63,997 nt of DNA, filler included, from Gonapodya sp. JEL0774 (GCA_027604505.1; 5 parts of 5 records of this genome joined end to end with filler, not necessarily neighbours in it), one strand, 5' to 3'. Counted from the first letter of the whole stretch, positions 13,029 to 25,800 are shown. Program-made: numbers and translations. The notes: generated by a model from the sequence alone, not told the origin.

Positions 13029-16000
13029 CCCTACCCAACCCGCATTCAACCCACGCCGTCGCGCTCGACGTTATTAACTCTTTTCCGCCTACCTTCGATG
13101 TCCATCGCTCTCTTCTTCGGTCCCAGAATCTTCGCCGGTCACCCGACTCTTGTCATCACTTCCACGCTACACATCGCCTATTCACTTCGCCGTTTGCCAC
13201 AGTACTGAACCGAAAGAAAAGTGATTTAACTGTCTGGAAAATGGGGATCTGGATGAGCGACGGGATTGATGGGCCGCGGTGAGTCGCTGGGTAACCATCT
13301 GGTACGAGGATGGGGAGTATGGAAGGAGGATGCACCGCGCGAGAAGTCGGAAAGATAAGCTCATCACCGTAGAATGGAGGGCGGTGAGTACGTTCTCTCG
13401 TCGTGACTCTTTGTTTTCTCGATTCGTATGACTTTCGTCGTGAACGGCTTTGTCCTTCCACCCGCACGACGCCAACGACGCTCCATGACCGACGAAAACC
13501 ACGTCAATCTTATCAAGAGTGGTTTCGGTGGGACCTGGTCAGAGTGCATGGCGCGGAGGGGCGGAACATCTGTGCATCACCCGAGTGAGCGGTCCGCGGA
13601 CGAAGGTCTCGTTTCCATGCCTATTACCACTTCATCTCACAAAGGCTTCGATATAACTATCATTTCTGCGCCATTTTGCATCCCAGTGATGTCCTCACAT
13701 CATCTTTCGCGCTCGAACTACATCATGTCCGAAACCTATCACAAAAACACGATCACCCCTCTGGATATGTCGTTCCATTCGCGTTTGCTGGCTTGCTTAC
13801 ATTTTCTATCACTCTTTCTCATCCCCCTTTTCGGGCGTCTCATGCATTCGCGACCATATTTCGACTTTCTGCGCTCTTTTTCCTCCAACCGTTCGCCCAA
13901 TCTCCTTTGGTGGTGTGACGCAGCCAATCAAGAACATGAGTTTCAACTTTTGGTTAGCTGCCCTCACCCATGCGAAACGAAACGTCTCTCCGTCCCTTCC
14001 TTAATCCCTTAACACGTGCGAGGCCTGGAAAAACTTCCCTTTCGGCCGAACGTCACCTCGTCACACTTGGCTGGGTGACTACTGGATCAAAAAGGCGATG
14101 AAGCCGGTGTTGTACACGGCTCGGTCAAAAGTGAAAGGCGGGTGCGATGTCACCTGCTATTCCGCTCAAGCGATTGGTGCCCTGACATGACTGTCGTATT
14201 CCAATCCTATCCGTAGGTTGCAATACATCTCAAGAGTTGATACGAAAGTATGTGGACTTTTGGTCGGTGGTGCAAGATAGCGCTGCAGATGGCGCAGGAG
14301 ATCATGTGACTTCGCGAGCATGCGTGACACGAGACACAGAGGAAAGGTGCGGGGTACGATTAGTAAATCCCTCATTCTGTTTTTTTTTTTTTGTTCATCT
14401 GCTTCGCTCGCCCATGTTACCCACTTTTCTACGTTCCCTGAGTACCTTGGACTTCGCCTTCCTCCTTCTCTTCCCAAACATTTCCGACCGCCTACTCTCA
14501 ATTCCCCATCACAGGTGAGTAGCCACCCGCCAAACATAGTCAAATGGCACCGTGTGAAGAGGATCTGGTACATGTTCCTCACGCTGTCACGGTTATGTTT
14601 CATACTGACCTCTTCCACTGTCGACCAAGTTTCTCCCTCTGCTCGTTGCCCTTTTTGACTTCCACCTTAGCGTTTTGCCCCAAAGTCCCCTACCGCCCCC
14701 CGAATTCCAAACCGTTCCCTATCGCCGCCGAATCTCAAACCGCCCTCCGAGTCTGCTTTCCACCTCACCAACCCTCTCCTCCCTTTCCTTCCCCATTTCC
14801 ATTTTCCATTTCACTCTACTACCATTCCATCCCACCCCATGCCCACCATTATCCCCCCACCCATGTTGCCCCGCTCTCGCAACGAATCGCAATGTGTAAG
14901 GTGGATGCGAACCCAGCTCTCAACATCAGCATCTCTGTTCGATTTTAAGCATCCATTTTTCGACGGATTTTTTGATGATGACGGTTCGTTTTGAAGTCCC
15001 CCACTTCCTTGTGGATGGGTTGTTTCACTGTGATGGTCTCCTGACGTCCTTTTTACTCTTCTTGTGACCGGGGCTTAGAGCCGTCGGTCGAGCGGTGGAT
15101 GCAGTTGTCATTACTCCAGAGTGCAGACCTCTTGCTGCGTACCACGGTGGCCCGGGCCTCCCCCCCCCCCCCCCCCCCCCCTACCCCACCAACTCCCGTG
15201 TCTCCCCCCACAGACATCGTCTCTCGCCTACCTTAGCCAAGTGCTCCGGGACCCCACTCCGCATGACTCCGTCCGCCCCGTCGTCTGCAACGCTCCGGAT
15301 TTCGCGGATTGTCAATATGGTTTGCTCATGAGTTGAGTTTTCGCAACGTGGAGTTTGCAATTTTCGAAACCCATAACGGTTCCTTGCTGTCCTCAAAGGG
15401 ACCACTTTGCATTCACACTTCGACGCACCAACTTCTCGACCAATCGCACCCATTAGTCGGACATTCACTGGGACAATAGGTTCGGCTGGAAGAGCGTGGG
15501 AGAAGACCCCAGTGGAAGCACCATGTGGTCAATTGAGCTCAGTCAGGATAAATGAAGTGAGGACTCAAATGTGTACGCGACATTGGTGGTGCGTTAATTG
15601 ATCCGCTCTGAACGCCGGGTGACTGGACAAGCCACTTGAATCCCGCCAGGGAGGACCGCGGGACGTAAGGGGTTGCAGGGGTGAGTTTGACATGATGACG
15701 GAGAGCAAATTAATCCCGAACAAACTGTGCGATATGCGCTCTGTTCTTTTTTCTTTTGTTCCATTGGGGTTATTTCACTCTAAACTCTCCCCCCCGAGTA
15801 TTATCACCAAAATCCACGCCCGTGATAGAGCACATTCCTTCCGGCCTTCTTCTGCTATCCACGACCGCTTCCCCCCTCGCCCCACCTGCACACGCATCTC
15901 TGCCCCACTGGCACTGATTATTCTCAGTCTCGCCTCCTTGGTTCGAGCGACATCGAGACCCAAAGGAGGGAACGTTCGCGGAGCAGAAGGATAGAGGGCA

Positions 16001-17827
16001 AGGCGACCAAAGCCCAGGGACCAAGGTGAGTGGAAGTTGGCGGTGAGAACAGTGTTGTCGTATGTGTACCACGCAACTGGGCGATTTGGAAGCCTACGCT
16101 GGGAGAGGAGGGACGCTTAGTACGGTGATTTGGCAGCCGGTGGTACCAAGAAAGAAGTGTTTTCCATGACCGAGTCCGCCCGCCCTTAGAAAGGACGCCG
16201 TATTGCTCACATTTCCCTATGTCCATTCTTCCGTAGCCCCTTGTTCCTCCGGTTTTCACGAGCCGCACACCGAACGCCGCCTGAGTTTCGTTAAGTATCC
16301 TTCGGGCACGACCGTTTCTCAACCTCCGCCTTTTGAGCGCAATGATAATCACAAAACGGCACAAAGGTTTTCATAGATGCAACTAATTCAACCATAGGTG
16401 AGTCGTGGAACGTGCCTATTGTATCGTGCCCTACAATGTCATCTGTCATGTTGTTTGACTGCTCATATCTTCAACACAGCCTCGAAACCCCTTTCCTCGT
16501 CTAAACATATCCACTTTTCTTTCTCTTCGCGGACTCGGATCCGCCTACCTGTTTGATGGATCAGTCCAAGATGTCGCGGAGGAACCAAGTCACTGCGTCC
16601 ACAAAGCGCTGAAACGCAAAGACTGGTCTTTTTTGGAACCGCGGAGCAGCGGAGAAGTTAAGTATAATCCAGCATTCAGTGGTGCTGCGGGTGGCAGAAC
16701 ATGCGGGGGTGGGAACCCTGGAAAGGGCCGAGGCGGAGGAGTGATGGCAGGCTAGGTAAAGACGGACAGGAGGCCATGCGATTAAGGGATGGCAAGGGCA
16801 GTGTTGGTTCGCGGGGTCTCTTTGTGTGCTTTGATTGTCTCGGTCTCACTTTCTCCAACCTCGGATCCCCTGCGTTCTCACTCACGTCGCACAAAAGACA
16901 GACAGCCACCACCTCCCGCGGGTCTTCCCCTTGTTCAGCCACAAGGATTTACCGTGGCATTCGTCCGTCTGCCGTCGCAACTTCCCACTGGTACTACTCG
17001 TTTGACTTCCCTCATTTGCACCGCAAACGGAGGAGACCTGGAATTAGGACGCAGAAGGAGTTCTGGATATTGACAGGAGAGCTAAGAACGGAACAAATAG
17101 AGTGAGTGATAGATAGGGGGGTAAGAAGGTGGAGTTGAGCGTAGTGTTGATTCGGCCTCTAACTTGAGAGGTTCAAAGGACGCGCACTCACTCCCATGGT
17201 ACAAAATGGAGTGAACAACAAGAGCATTCAGGACATATGAGTGGAAACCTATCTGTGGAACCAAGGTTGGATCAGTGGGGGTGTAATGTCGGGGAACGGA
17301 GTGAAGTCACAGGCCTGAACGGGAACAGCGAGAGCCGAGACAAAACCACCAAGGTAATTCCCAGAGCCCCCAATCATATCGAAAAAGTAGGTGGCCCTTT
17401 CCGGGAGGCAAATCGCTGGCATCCGGCCCCTTCGCGAGTGAGGAGATGATATGTGGAACGGGGCGTGGAGCGGGGCCATTGCAGTGTCATGGAGAGCATG
17501 GAGACTCGGGCATTTGGAACAGCAGCTCGGAATGCAGGTGAGTTGCAAAGTGGAGGAGTGAGTAGCAGGATGAGATGGTGAGAGAACGGGCAAAACAGGA
17601 ACGAAACGGGGAATGCGTGCGGAGTGGCAGCGATCGAGGGAGTAGGAATAGTGGACCTTTCTGTCTTATGTACGAAATGAAATATAGAAATTTCATCATC
17701 AATTTACAAGTGTACACTCTCGCTTGTAGCGGTTGTTGGAGAGACCCACAAATATGTATGATGGCCGCAGCTGCAAACCCCAACGCAAACAACGCACAAC
17801 GTCACGACAATCCGAACGAATCCCACC

Positions 17828-18601
17828 ATGTCTAATCCTCGCGACATCCAACTCATTGAAGCCACTGAAAACGGCCAAGCTGAGCGGGTCCGGCAGCTGT
17901 TGGGTGAAGGAGCAAATGCGAACACGCGGAAGCGGGTCACGTTGACACGCGCGATCAGACAAGAAACAAAAACGGACTCCGTGGACTGCGAATCGGCGTT
18001 GGGGCTAGCGATTATTCATGCTCATGAGGACGTTGTGCGGGCGTTGCTCGAAGGAGGTGCCGATGCAAAAGGGGTGTGCGAGTGGAAAGTGGCCTTCAAT
18101 TTTTTATCGTGGGATATGGACAGATGGGACAGGATGCGTTGGATTGAGACGTTTTTGTTCCCTTCTGCACTGACACTGGCGGTGGCAAGGGGGGGGAAGC
18201 GGACCTGGTGGGACAGTACCATAGGCGCTGCACCAGACTCTAACAACACTCTCGGGATCAATCACAAGGGCGGAAATGTGCAGCTCAAGTATCCCAAGTA
18301 CTACCAGGATGCCTACATCCATGGCTTCACCCTGCGTCCTTCCCTCCCCATCGTCCGCCTCCTCCTCTTTCACGGGGCTGTGGTCACACAGCGAGAACTG
18401 GATGCTGCTCGCCAATGGCCCGACAGTCAATTCTTGCAGACACTCCAAGACAATCAATTCCACCCTCCCACTTCAGTCCCATCCCTCTCCCTTCGAGCTA
18501 CTACATCACCATCCTCATCTTCTCCACCCACTGAAGCTCCGATGTCGTTCCTACCTGACAAGGATCAAAAGAATGAGGCATTACAGGCAGAAGTTTATTA
18601 A
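17828..18601 (+). CDS. Ankyrin-repeat-like protein, lineage-specific family, copy 1 (intronless; possibly prematurely stopped)
   Basis: LIEATENGQAERVRQLLGEGANAN, SALGLAIIHAHEDVVRALLEGGAD, IVRLLLFHGA; in-frame coiled-coil-like sequence continues past the TAA to ~18747. Confidence 0.8.
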   Translation: MSNPRDIQLIEATENGQAERVRQLLGEGANANTRKRVTLTRAIRQETKTDSVDCESALGLAIIHAHEDVVRALLEGGADAKGVCEWKVAFNFLSWDMDRWDRMRWIETFLFPSALTLAVARGGKRTWWDSTIGAAPDSNNTLGINHKGGNVQLKYPKYYQDAYIHGFTLRPSLPIVRLLLFHGAVVTQRELDAARQWPDSQFLQTLQDNQFHPPTSVPSLSLRATTSPSSSSPPTEAPMSFLPDKDQKNEALQAEVY

Positions 18602-19750
18602 CTCAAGGGGTGGTATGAGGAGTTGCCAGTGAGTACAGTTTCAGTGGAGGAGGTTGAGAGGCGGAACTCGGACGATCAGATAAGGATGACAAACCTGGAC
18701 GTAGCAAACCAGGACCTCGAATTGGACAGCCGTGCCCTCTCCATGTAGGTCCATACTCTCTTCAAAACTGCACCCTTTCCACCACCGACGACAACTTTAT
18801 CCGTTAATCTCTGTGAGTGTCTTCACTGCATCCTCATGGCATCGCAGGGTCTTGTCTTGCTCCGTAGCCGTTTTCACCCCTGTTGGTCCTGCGCTTCTGT
18901 CTTTGATCAGTACTTGTTACATCCCGCGATCACCTCCGCCAACCAGTTCAAAACGACACATGTGTGGCTCTGTACGAATTATGGGATGCAAGAAGGTACG
19001 TCTGATCTCACTGTACAGTATTCAACCTTCGCACACATTCATCGTTTCCCCAGAAATCGAGCACCCTACAACACTTCGCACTTCCGTCGTATCTGCATCA
19101 CACCCCCTTCACCAGAATCACAGATCCCTCGACCAAGCGCCTCGTTTCCGACCATTCTTGGCGAGGATAATAGGTCGAGGTGGTGGGAAGGAGAAGCTCC
19201 AGATTCTCGAATGAGCAGCGAGATAACATCGCAGCATTAGCTCCATGTCTGGATTTCAAAAGCAGCTGCTTTGTAGTCTGTAACGGTAAATGTATCATAT
19301 TGAAATGTCCGTAGTTCCGTGAGCTGGATTTCTTTTTCTTATCTTGAGCGGATGCAGGAAATGCATCTTGCCGAGTGCACATCATGTTGTGTAATAAGGG
19401 CACACAGTCCCAGCGTTTACACTACCAGCGTTTACATCTTGGAACAGTCTTACCCACCCTGTGTTTTTAGCTACGCTCACTTTCCACTTTTTCGAGACGT
19501 CGCTGTGTGGAAGAGAGATTACCTTCAAACGCAGAATCATCGACGGAAGTGATTGGACGGAATTACTCTCGGAAGAGAACTACGGAGAGTACATTTACAG
19601 CGGAGAGCTGAGCGAGACGAATTGCCCATCCCTCCAGAACAATCGCACAAATGTCGAACTTCTCAATCACATCATCTGACAGTTACCTTCCGATCAGGCA
19701 ACCAACTCATCAACCCATCGCTCAGACCATCACATTCCATCGCTTCTTCC

Positions 19751-22286
19751 ATGAGCCACAACTCTGCTGGTGCTACCAGCTCGTCAGGGCAGCCCGTGGC
19801 TGCATCCCCGGCTTCAACAAAGGTTAATGATGCCTCAGAGAAAGATTCCCCTCGACAGGGCCTCACCTTGGCGCTGAGAACGGCAATTTTGATACAAGTT
19901 ATCTTCAAGTGAGTGATGAGCAGCGCCAATTATTGAAGGGAGGGATTCTGAGGTGCCTTTCCTTCATCCCAGTGTGTTGGTGGTCGCCGTTGTGCTCACG
20001 GTGATCGCTTATCTCAATACGCAATCGTCGAATGCCGACGCTATAACGCAAGGTAGGAAAGTGCAAGGCTGTTTCAGACGAATCTACTGTCTGGGAATCT
20101 GATCCCCTGTTTTTGAATGGACTGGAATAGGAAAGATGTCCATCACCGCATTAGCAACCGCGAGGCAAAAAGACGCATCCACAGCGATCCGGACCCACAT
20201 GGGTAGGTGGTTGTGCCGACTTACAGAGTGGTAAGCTCAATTTTTATGACGCAAACCGGTGACGTCGCATCTGATTGTGCAAAAAGATACCTACCTAAAC
20301 AAGGTAAAGTGAATCTTCAGCTTCACGCGGAAACACCTGAATAGCGCAGTTCTCTTGTTAGGTCAGAAGCATGATATCGGTTGTCACGAGCACACCACGA
20401 CGTGGAACGATGGACCCAAGCGATTACGAGTAAGTTGAGCCTTTCGCTAACCTGGTTTTGAGCTCTCAACCCTGGACGATACCGTCTCTCCACCCAGCAC
20501 TATGGCCCCTTTCATGAGAGATGTTATTGGAAGCATCAATGTTCCATTCAGTCTCATGCTCTACTTTGATAACAGGACTCAAGAAGCTATCGGAGTGGGT
20601 CCTATTACGACCACACTTGGAACGTTTGGTTCGTGTCATGTCTGCTCATCAAACGTATCACGGAGCACCTCACCTGCTGTCAACTTCAACTCGCAAAGCG
20701 TTTGATCCCAACGCAGCTACGAGTTACCAGTACAACTACTACGCACTCAACAAAACGTGCAAGAATTTCTGTCCTATTGCGAACACTGGTACTCGTCTGG
20801 TATACTATCTCTACAACGACACCACCGATACGATCACTGGGGCTAACCTTACACAGGTGATACAATTTTCTTCAACGAATTATGACAAACGCATGAATAA
20901 AGGACTCTTTTCACAGGGTTCAGCAGGTCTTCAGCTTTGGAAGCGCCCATGGTTCATCCCCTCACTGGGCTCGAAAGAAGTTTTCATCACGTCTCCAAAT
21001 CTTGGACTCTCTTCTGCCGTCGCACGGCCCTCGATCTTACAAGGGATGGCATTTCCAGTATACAACAGTACCGGCAGTCAGTTCGCTCTCGGACAGGCAT
21101 CCTTCTCCGTATATGATCTCGCATCAGTCTTGTCCCAACTGAGAGCTTCAGCGACTCCGAACACCCTCTACTACCTCTTGACCGTCAACGCCGAGGTTAT
21201 TGTCATTTCTGGAGCGGCCTACGACCAGGGAGCGACATTGACACAGAATTCTGCTGGTACTTGGGTGTTACGAACGATTTGGGATTTCTCGTATGAAAAC
21301 AACACTCTTTTTGTAAGTCGAGCTTTATGTCACCGATGTCGAGCTTCCCTCAAGACCTAACCATTTGTGACAGAACGTATCTGCCTCGAACGTATGGAAC
21401 TACGCCAATAGAAACCTTTCGACCAATTTTGCAGACGCTACGTTCACAGTCGGGGATTACATGTTCCAGGTCACGACGTACACTTTCGTCAACTACAAGT
21501 GGATCATTGTCTCTGGTGCGGTGAGTGTTGTTCCTCGGTCAAGTTTTTGAATTGTAGCTGCCTGAACTGGAAGGCGCTTATAAAGCCGGCTTCAGACTAT
21601 CTTGCCGACACGGCGGCTCTGGAAACCCAGTTGAAAGATCGCCTGGCTGTGACGCAAAGGAATATTATCATAATTGGTGAGTTGCTGCGCGGTCAATGTT
21701 GATCTAAAACTGGAGCACTCACCTTAGGCCGTGTACAAATAGCTGTTGCAATTGTGGTGGCTCTTTCATGTGCAAGTATTGCATTTACGGAGTTTTACAT
21801 ATCCCGCCCTCTTCATATCATACTGAAGGCGATCCAGAAAGGTGAGCCCCTGCAAGGACTCTTATATGCCGGATTATTTTTCTCATGTCGCCCTCTACAA
21901 TTCGACAGCGCAAACCTTTGACTTCTCAATGGTCAAGTCAGGGTCTCTCAAGAACCTTAACCGCTCACCAATTGCAGAGATCGGCAACACACAGACTCAC
22001 TTCATGGTCATGTAAGCTGAAGGGTCACACTGGCCCCAATTGTTCTCACTTTAACGTTGTATGCATTCCCAATTCACTCAGGCTAAAGGTCTTTGCGGAA
22101 GCTTTGCAAAGTAAATTTTTATTTTGTTGTTTGTAAACCATGTATCGACACGTCACTGTCTTATCGCCAGGCAACCGATCTTTAATGCACGGAGGAAAAG
22201 CGTCCGCAAGTACTTCTAACAAACCAGGAGGGACTGCGTTGAGAAATTCGCAAGACTTCAACCGTTCAATGACGATGGATGCGTGA
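19751..22286 (+). CDS. Membrane sensor-like protein: TM - extracellular Cache-like domain - TM - HAMP-like segment (about 11 exons)
   Basis: Spliced N-terminal TM (ILIQVIFNVLVVAVVLTVIAYL), extracellular region rich in N-x-S/T sites with LWKRPWF, second TM (IIIIAVAIVVALSCASIAF), then ISRPLHIILKAIQKAQTFDF...EIGNTQTHFMVMLKVF; stop at 22286. Confidence 0.6.
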
Positions 22287-22464
22287 ATGAGGCTTTTGTT
22301 TATCAGTATATATTATCTGTCTGATAGAGCAGTGAAGAAACATTGGTAAACGCGATGCAGACGGAAAGTCGTGTTCTCAGCTCATCCCTTGATACGGCCT
22401 GAGTTTTGGCGAGTGCGCAGCAGGACTTATCTTATTACAGAAAATCTCCAACATTACGTGTAAA

Positions 22465-23694
22465 ATGCTCTCTATTGCAGAAACGATGATGAATCACCAA
22501 GATGTGGATCTCATTGCGGCGGTGGAGGATGGGGATGCGGCACTCGTGGGCAACCTGTTGAGAGAGGGAGCGAATCGCAACGCCCGTATGAACATCACTC
22601 TCGCTGTGACCATTGCAACTGGCGAGATCAAGACCGAGACCATTCAAGGGGAGTCAGCGTTGGCGCTGGCGATTCTCCATCGTCACCCTCAGGTCGTGGA
22701 TGCGCTCCTCAGCTTTGGCGCTGATCCCAACCGCGAGATTACATGGAACATCGCCGCTGTGAAAGCGATCTGGACACTACACGATTGGAACCACCTTCGT
22801 TGGCTCCACACGATTACCTTTCCGTCGCCCATCGACTTAGCGCTCGGATTTTCAGGGAGGTGTCGTTCGCCGTGGAAAATCTATGCCGGCAGCGTACCTG
22901 AATACGACAATAAATTGACCGTGAACAGGAGAGGAGGCCATATTGTTTTGAAGAACCCAAACCGATGGGACGATGTCCGGGTCTGGCTCAGCTTCCGCGT
23001 TTCGCCTGCTACAATTCTTCACCTCCTTCGACACGGCGCCGCTATCACAGAGACTTTGGGTGACTATATTATCCCTCAGACTCTGATACCCTATGAGCCG
23101 TACTTTGTAGAGAGAATTTCACTCATAGACGCTGTGGAGAAAGGGGATGTCGATCTTGTCCGCACTCTGTTGTCACAAGGCCAGTACGATGTCAACGTCA
23201 GGAAGAAGGTCACGGTGGTAACCAGACCTTCTCGCGAATACTGCTTTGAGACTTGGGAATGCGAGTCGGCTTTGGCGTTAGGAATCCTCTATGGGTACGA
23301 CGCGATTGTGGATGTTCTCTTGCGCCATGGTGCCGATCCAAACCAGCCAATTTCATGGTCAGCAGTGACGGATTTATATGCGAGCCGACCGTTATTTCCT
23401 TTTAGGACCTTAACGTGGAGCCACCAATCTTACTCCTTTCCATCTGCTGTCAACTTCGCCTTGGGGGTTGGAATGAGGTTGCCCCATCGCCCTGCGGAAC
23501 ACGCTGGAACTTGGGTCACTATCAATCCCAAAGGAGGGCGTTTGTGGATGCTCAATTGCGCAAACCTGGGGGACACTTATGTCGAACACAAGTTTCGAGT
23601 GTCACTCTCCATCATCCGCATCCTGCTTCGGGATCGACGAACGAGAGTCACAGACGACGATTACAAAGCTTCACGTTTGTTGCCCGACAAATAA
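22465..23694 (+). CDS. Ankyrin-repeat-like protein, same family, copy 2 with two tandem units (intronless)
   Basis: Two units, each with LI.AVE.GD..LV..LL, ESALAL.IL, GADPN..I.W, FPS...L/FALG, N.(R/K)GG, F.VS..I...LL. Confidence 0.8.
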   Translation: MLSIAETMMNHQDVDLIAAVEDGDAALVGNLLREGANRNARMNITLAVTIATGEIKTETIQGESALALAILHRHPQVVDALLSFGADPNREITWNIAAVKAIWTLHDWNHLRWLHTITFPSPIDLALGFSGRCRSPWKIYAGSVPEYDNKLTVNRRGGHIVLKNPNRWDDVRVWLSFRVSPATILHLLRHGAAITETLGDYIIPQTLIPYEPYFVERISLIDAVEKGDVDLVRTLLSQGQYDVNVRKKVTVVTRPSREYCFETWECESALALGILYGYDAIVDVLLRHGADPNQPISWSAVTDLYASRPLFPFRTLTWSHQSYSFPSAVNFALGVGMRLPHRPAEHAGTWVTINPKGGRLWMLNCANLGDTYVEHKFRVSLSIIRILLRDRRTRVTDDDYKASRLLPDK

Positions 23695-23930
23695 ATTTCA
23701 CAGCTACTGCGTAGACATCGAAGACCGCAGGCGAGATAAGATTGCTCGCCGTGAGGTATCGACGGTAGTGAGTACGACCCCTCCACATCGCTTCTGTTCG
23801 CCAACGTGACAATCAGGAAGCTCATCGAATAAATGCGACAGTTCATTTACCTGTGTAGGTAGCGCTAGAGTCAATCGGTGAATGGACGAGTGGTCAGGGG
23901 ACGGTCGAGTCAGTGCCCAGTGGGGAGGTT

Positions 23931-24275
23931 GGTTGTGGTTGCGGGTTTGTGGGATCAATCAAGCCGGAAAAGTTTTATTCATGAATTGTAGTTGTCACTC
24001 ATGTGGAACGATAGATTATGTTTACTTCAAGGGATACGAAATGATGGTGTGGGGATGTGGTGTCATGTGAGGTGGTAATCATCACACCATAGTTTGTGAT
24101 CGGCGACGCTCATTCCGCGCACGTTTCGGCAACGGAAAATGCAACGTTGGGCATGATGAAAGTCCCCACTCCTTCCCCCACCGCGGTACCTCCCCTCCCC
24201 CTCTCCTGCAGTGACTGGTCCTGCCATCAATAACTTCCCCCTCTCACTTCGGCTAACCGCCTCGCCAACCCATCC
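23931..24275 (+). repeat. Duplicated upstream (promoter/5' UTR) block, copy A, preceding ankyrin copy 3
   Basis: Colinear similarity to 25458-25800 (shared GTCACTCATGTGGAACGAT, CACGTTTCGGCAA, ACTCCTTCCCCC). Confidence 0.85.
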
Positions 24276-24333
24276 GAAAACAACCAACACGCAAACAGAG
24301 AGAACACTTCAGGAAATCCGAGCAAGAACCAGG

Positions 24334-24993
24334 ATGTCTACTGCCCGTGATATTCAACTCATCGAAGCCGTGGAAAACGGGCAGGCGCAGCGGGTGCGAC
24401 AACTGCTGGCTGATGGCGCAAACCCGAACACACGAAAGCGGGTCACGCTGACCTGCTCCATCGAAGGGGAGACGAAGACGGACACGGTGGAATGCGAATC
24501 TGCGTTGACGTTGGCGATCATACATGCGAATGAGGACATTGTCAAGGCGTTGCTTGAAGGAGGTGCCGATGCGAATCTGGCGTGTGAGTGGAAAGTCGCA
24601 GATTGGGGTTCATCGTGGAATGCAGACCGATGGAACCGGACTCGTTGGTACTGGACGTTTTCGTTCCCTTCTGCGTTGACGCTGGCGATGGCAAGAGGAG
24701 GGAAGTGGACATGGTGGGATGGCAGAACAGAAGATTCACCCTACCCGAACAACAAACTTTCGATCAATCACAAGGGTGGCCACATCCAGCTGAAGGATCC
24801 CGCGGTTCTTCAGGACGCCCGCATCCGGTTCTTCACTGTGCGTCCTTCCCTTCCCATTGTCAAACTCCTTCTCTCTCACGGTGCGGCGGTCGCCCAGAGA
24901 GAATTCGATGCTGCTCGGAAACAGCCAGATGGACGTTTCTTGCAGGTGCTCCAAGACCATCAATTCCACCCTTCCACTTCATCCCCAGTCTGA
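24334..24993 (+). CDS. Ankyrin-repeat-like protein, same family, copy 3 (close paralog of copy 1)
   Basis: MSTARDIQLIEAVENGQAQRVRQLLADGANPNTRKRVTL... is colinear with 17828-18601. Confidence 0.82.
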   Translation: MSTARDIQLIEAVENGQAQRVRQLLADGANPNTRKRVTLTCSIEGETKTDTVECESALTLAIIHANEDIVKALLEGGADANLACEWKVADWGSSWNADRWNRTRWYWTFSFPSALTLAMARGGKWTWWDGRTEDSPYPNNKLSINHKGGHIQLKDPAVLQDARIRFFTVRPSLPIVKLLLSHGAAVAQREFDAARKQPDGRFLQVLQDHQFHPSTSSPV

Positions 24994-25457
24994 TACCTTG
25001 CCACTTCACTGGTTTCACCTTCCAGATGAGCTAATCGGGAGGGGCAGGGCGACAAATGGTTGTGGCGGGGTCGTGTCGCAGGAACAGGCAGTGGGAGGAT
25101 CAGGAAGCAGACGACAGCACTTGGGTGGCAGTAGTGGGGGGATGGCCAGGTGAGGTGATGGCGGGGATCGGGGTGAACCGTGAGTCAGGTGGCTCTGGAG
25201 AGATGGAGTTCACCCATGGCAGGGTAACTGAGCGAGCGTTCTTTATCGTATCTCTATTTTATGTTCGCATTTGTGGACAGTTGTGTCCGTTTTGCTTCAA
25301 TTTGGAGTTCGAGAGAGCCTGAGTTTATTTGTATTACATTGTCGTGAATGCATATTTGATGGTCGGAGCAATTCTTTGTCCTTGTAGACCTCGTTTCTCT
25401 CATTTACTTGAGCTGACGAGAAGTCAAGTCATGTAGCACCATGTTGGCTTCTTCAAT

Positions 25458-25800
25458 GTTGTGGTTGTGGGTCTGTTGCCGGATCTATCAAACCGGCGAA
25501 GTCTTATTCAGAAAAGGTAGTCGTCACTCATGTGGAACGATTGCACTATTTTCACTTCGAAATGATGGTAGGGGGATATGGTTTCACGTGAGGTTGCAAT
25601 TAATACATCATATTCAGTGCGATCGATGCTCATTGATCATCATCACGTTTCGGCAATGGAACATACACCGTTGGGCTTGACGAAAGCCCCGACTCCTTCC
25701 CCCGCCACGCTACCTCCCTCCCCCCGCTCCCGCAGTCACCGGTCCCCGCCACGAACAACTCCCCCTCCTCACTTCAACAACCCCCTTGCCAATCCATCCC
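25458..25800 (+). repeat. Duplicated upstream block, copy B
   Basis: Similar to 23931-24275. Confidence 0.85.

Noticed and set aside
13029..17700. Many short ORFs, splice-like sites and a poly-C run
   Set aside because: No coherent gene model or motif; probably intergenic or decayed sequence.
18599..23694. TAA-to-Gln genetic code reassignment
   Set aside because: Conserved genes in the window (MsrB, AKR, Pil1 paralog B) end at TAA in expected positions and contain no internal TAA/TAG.
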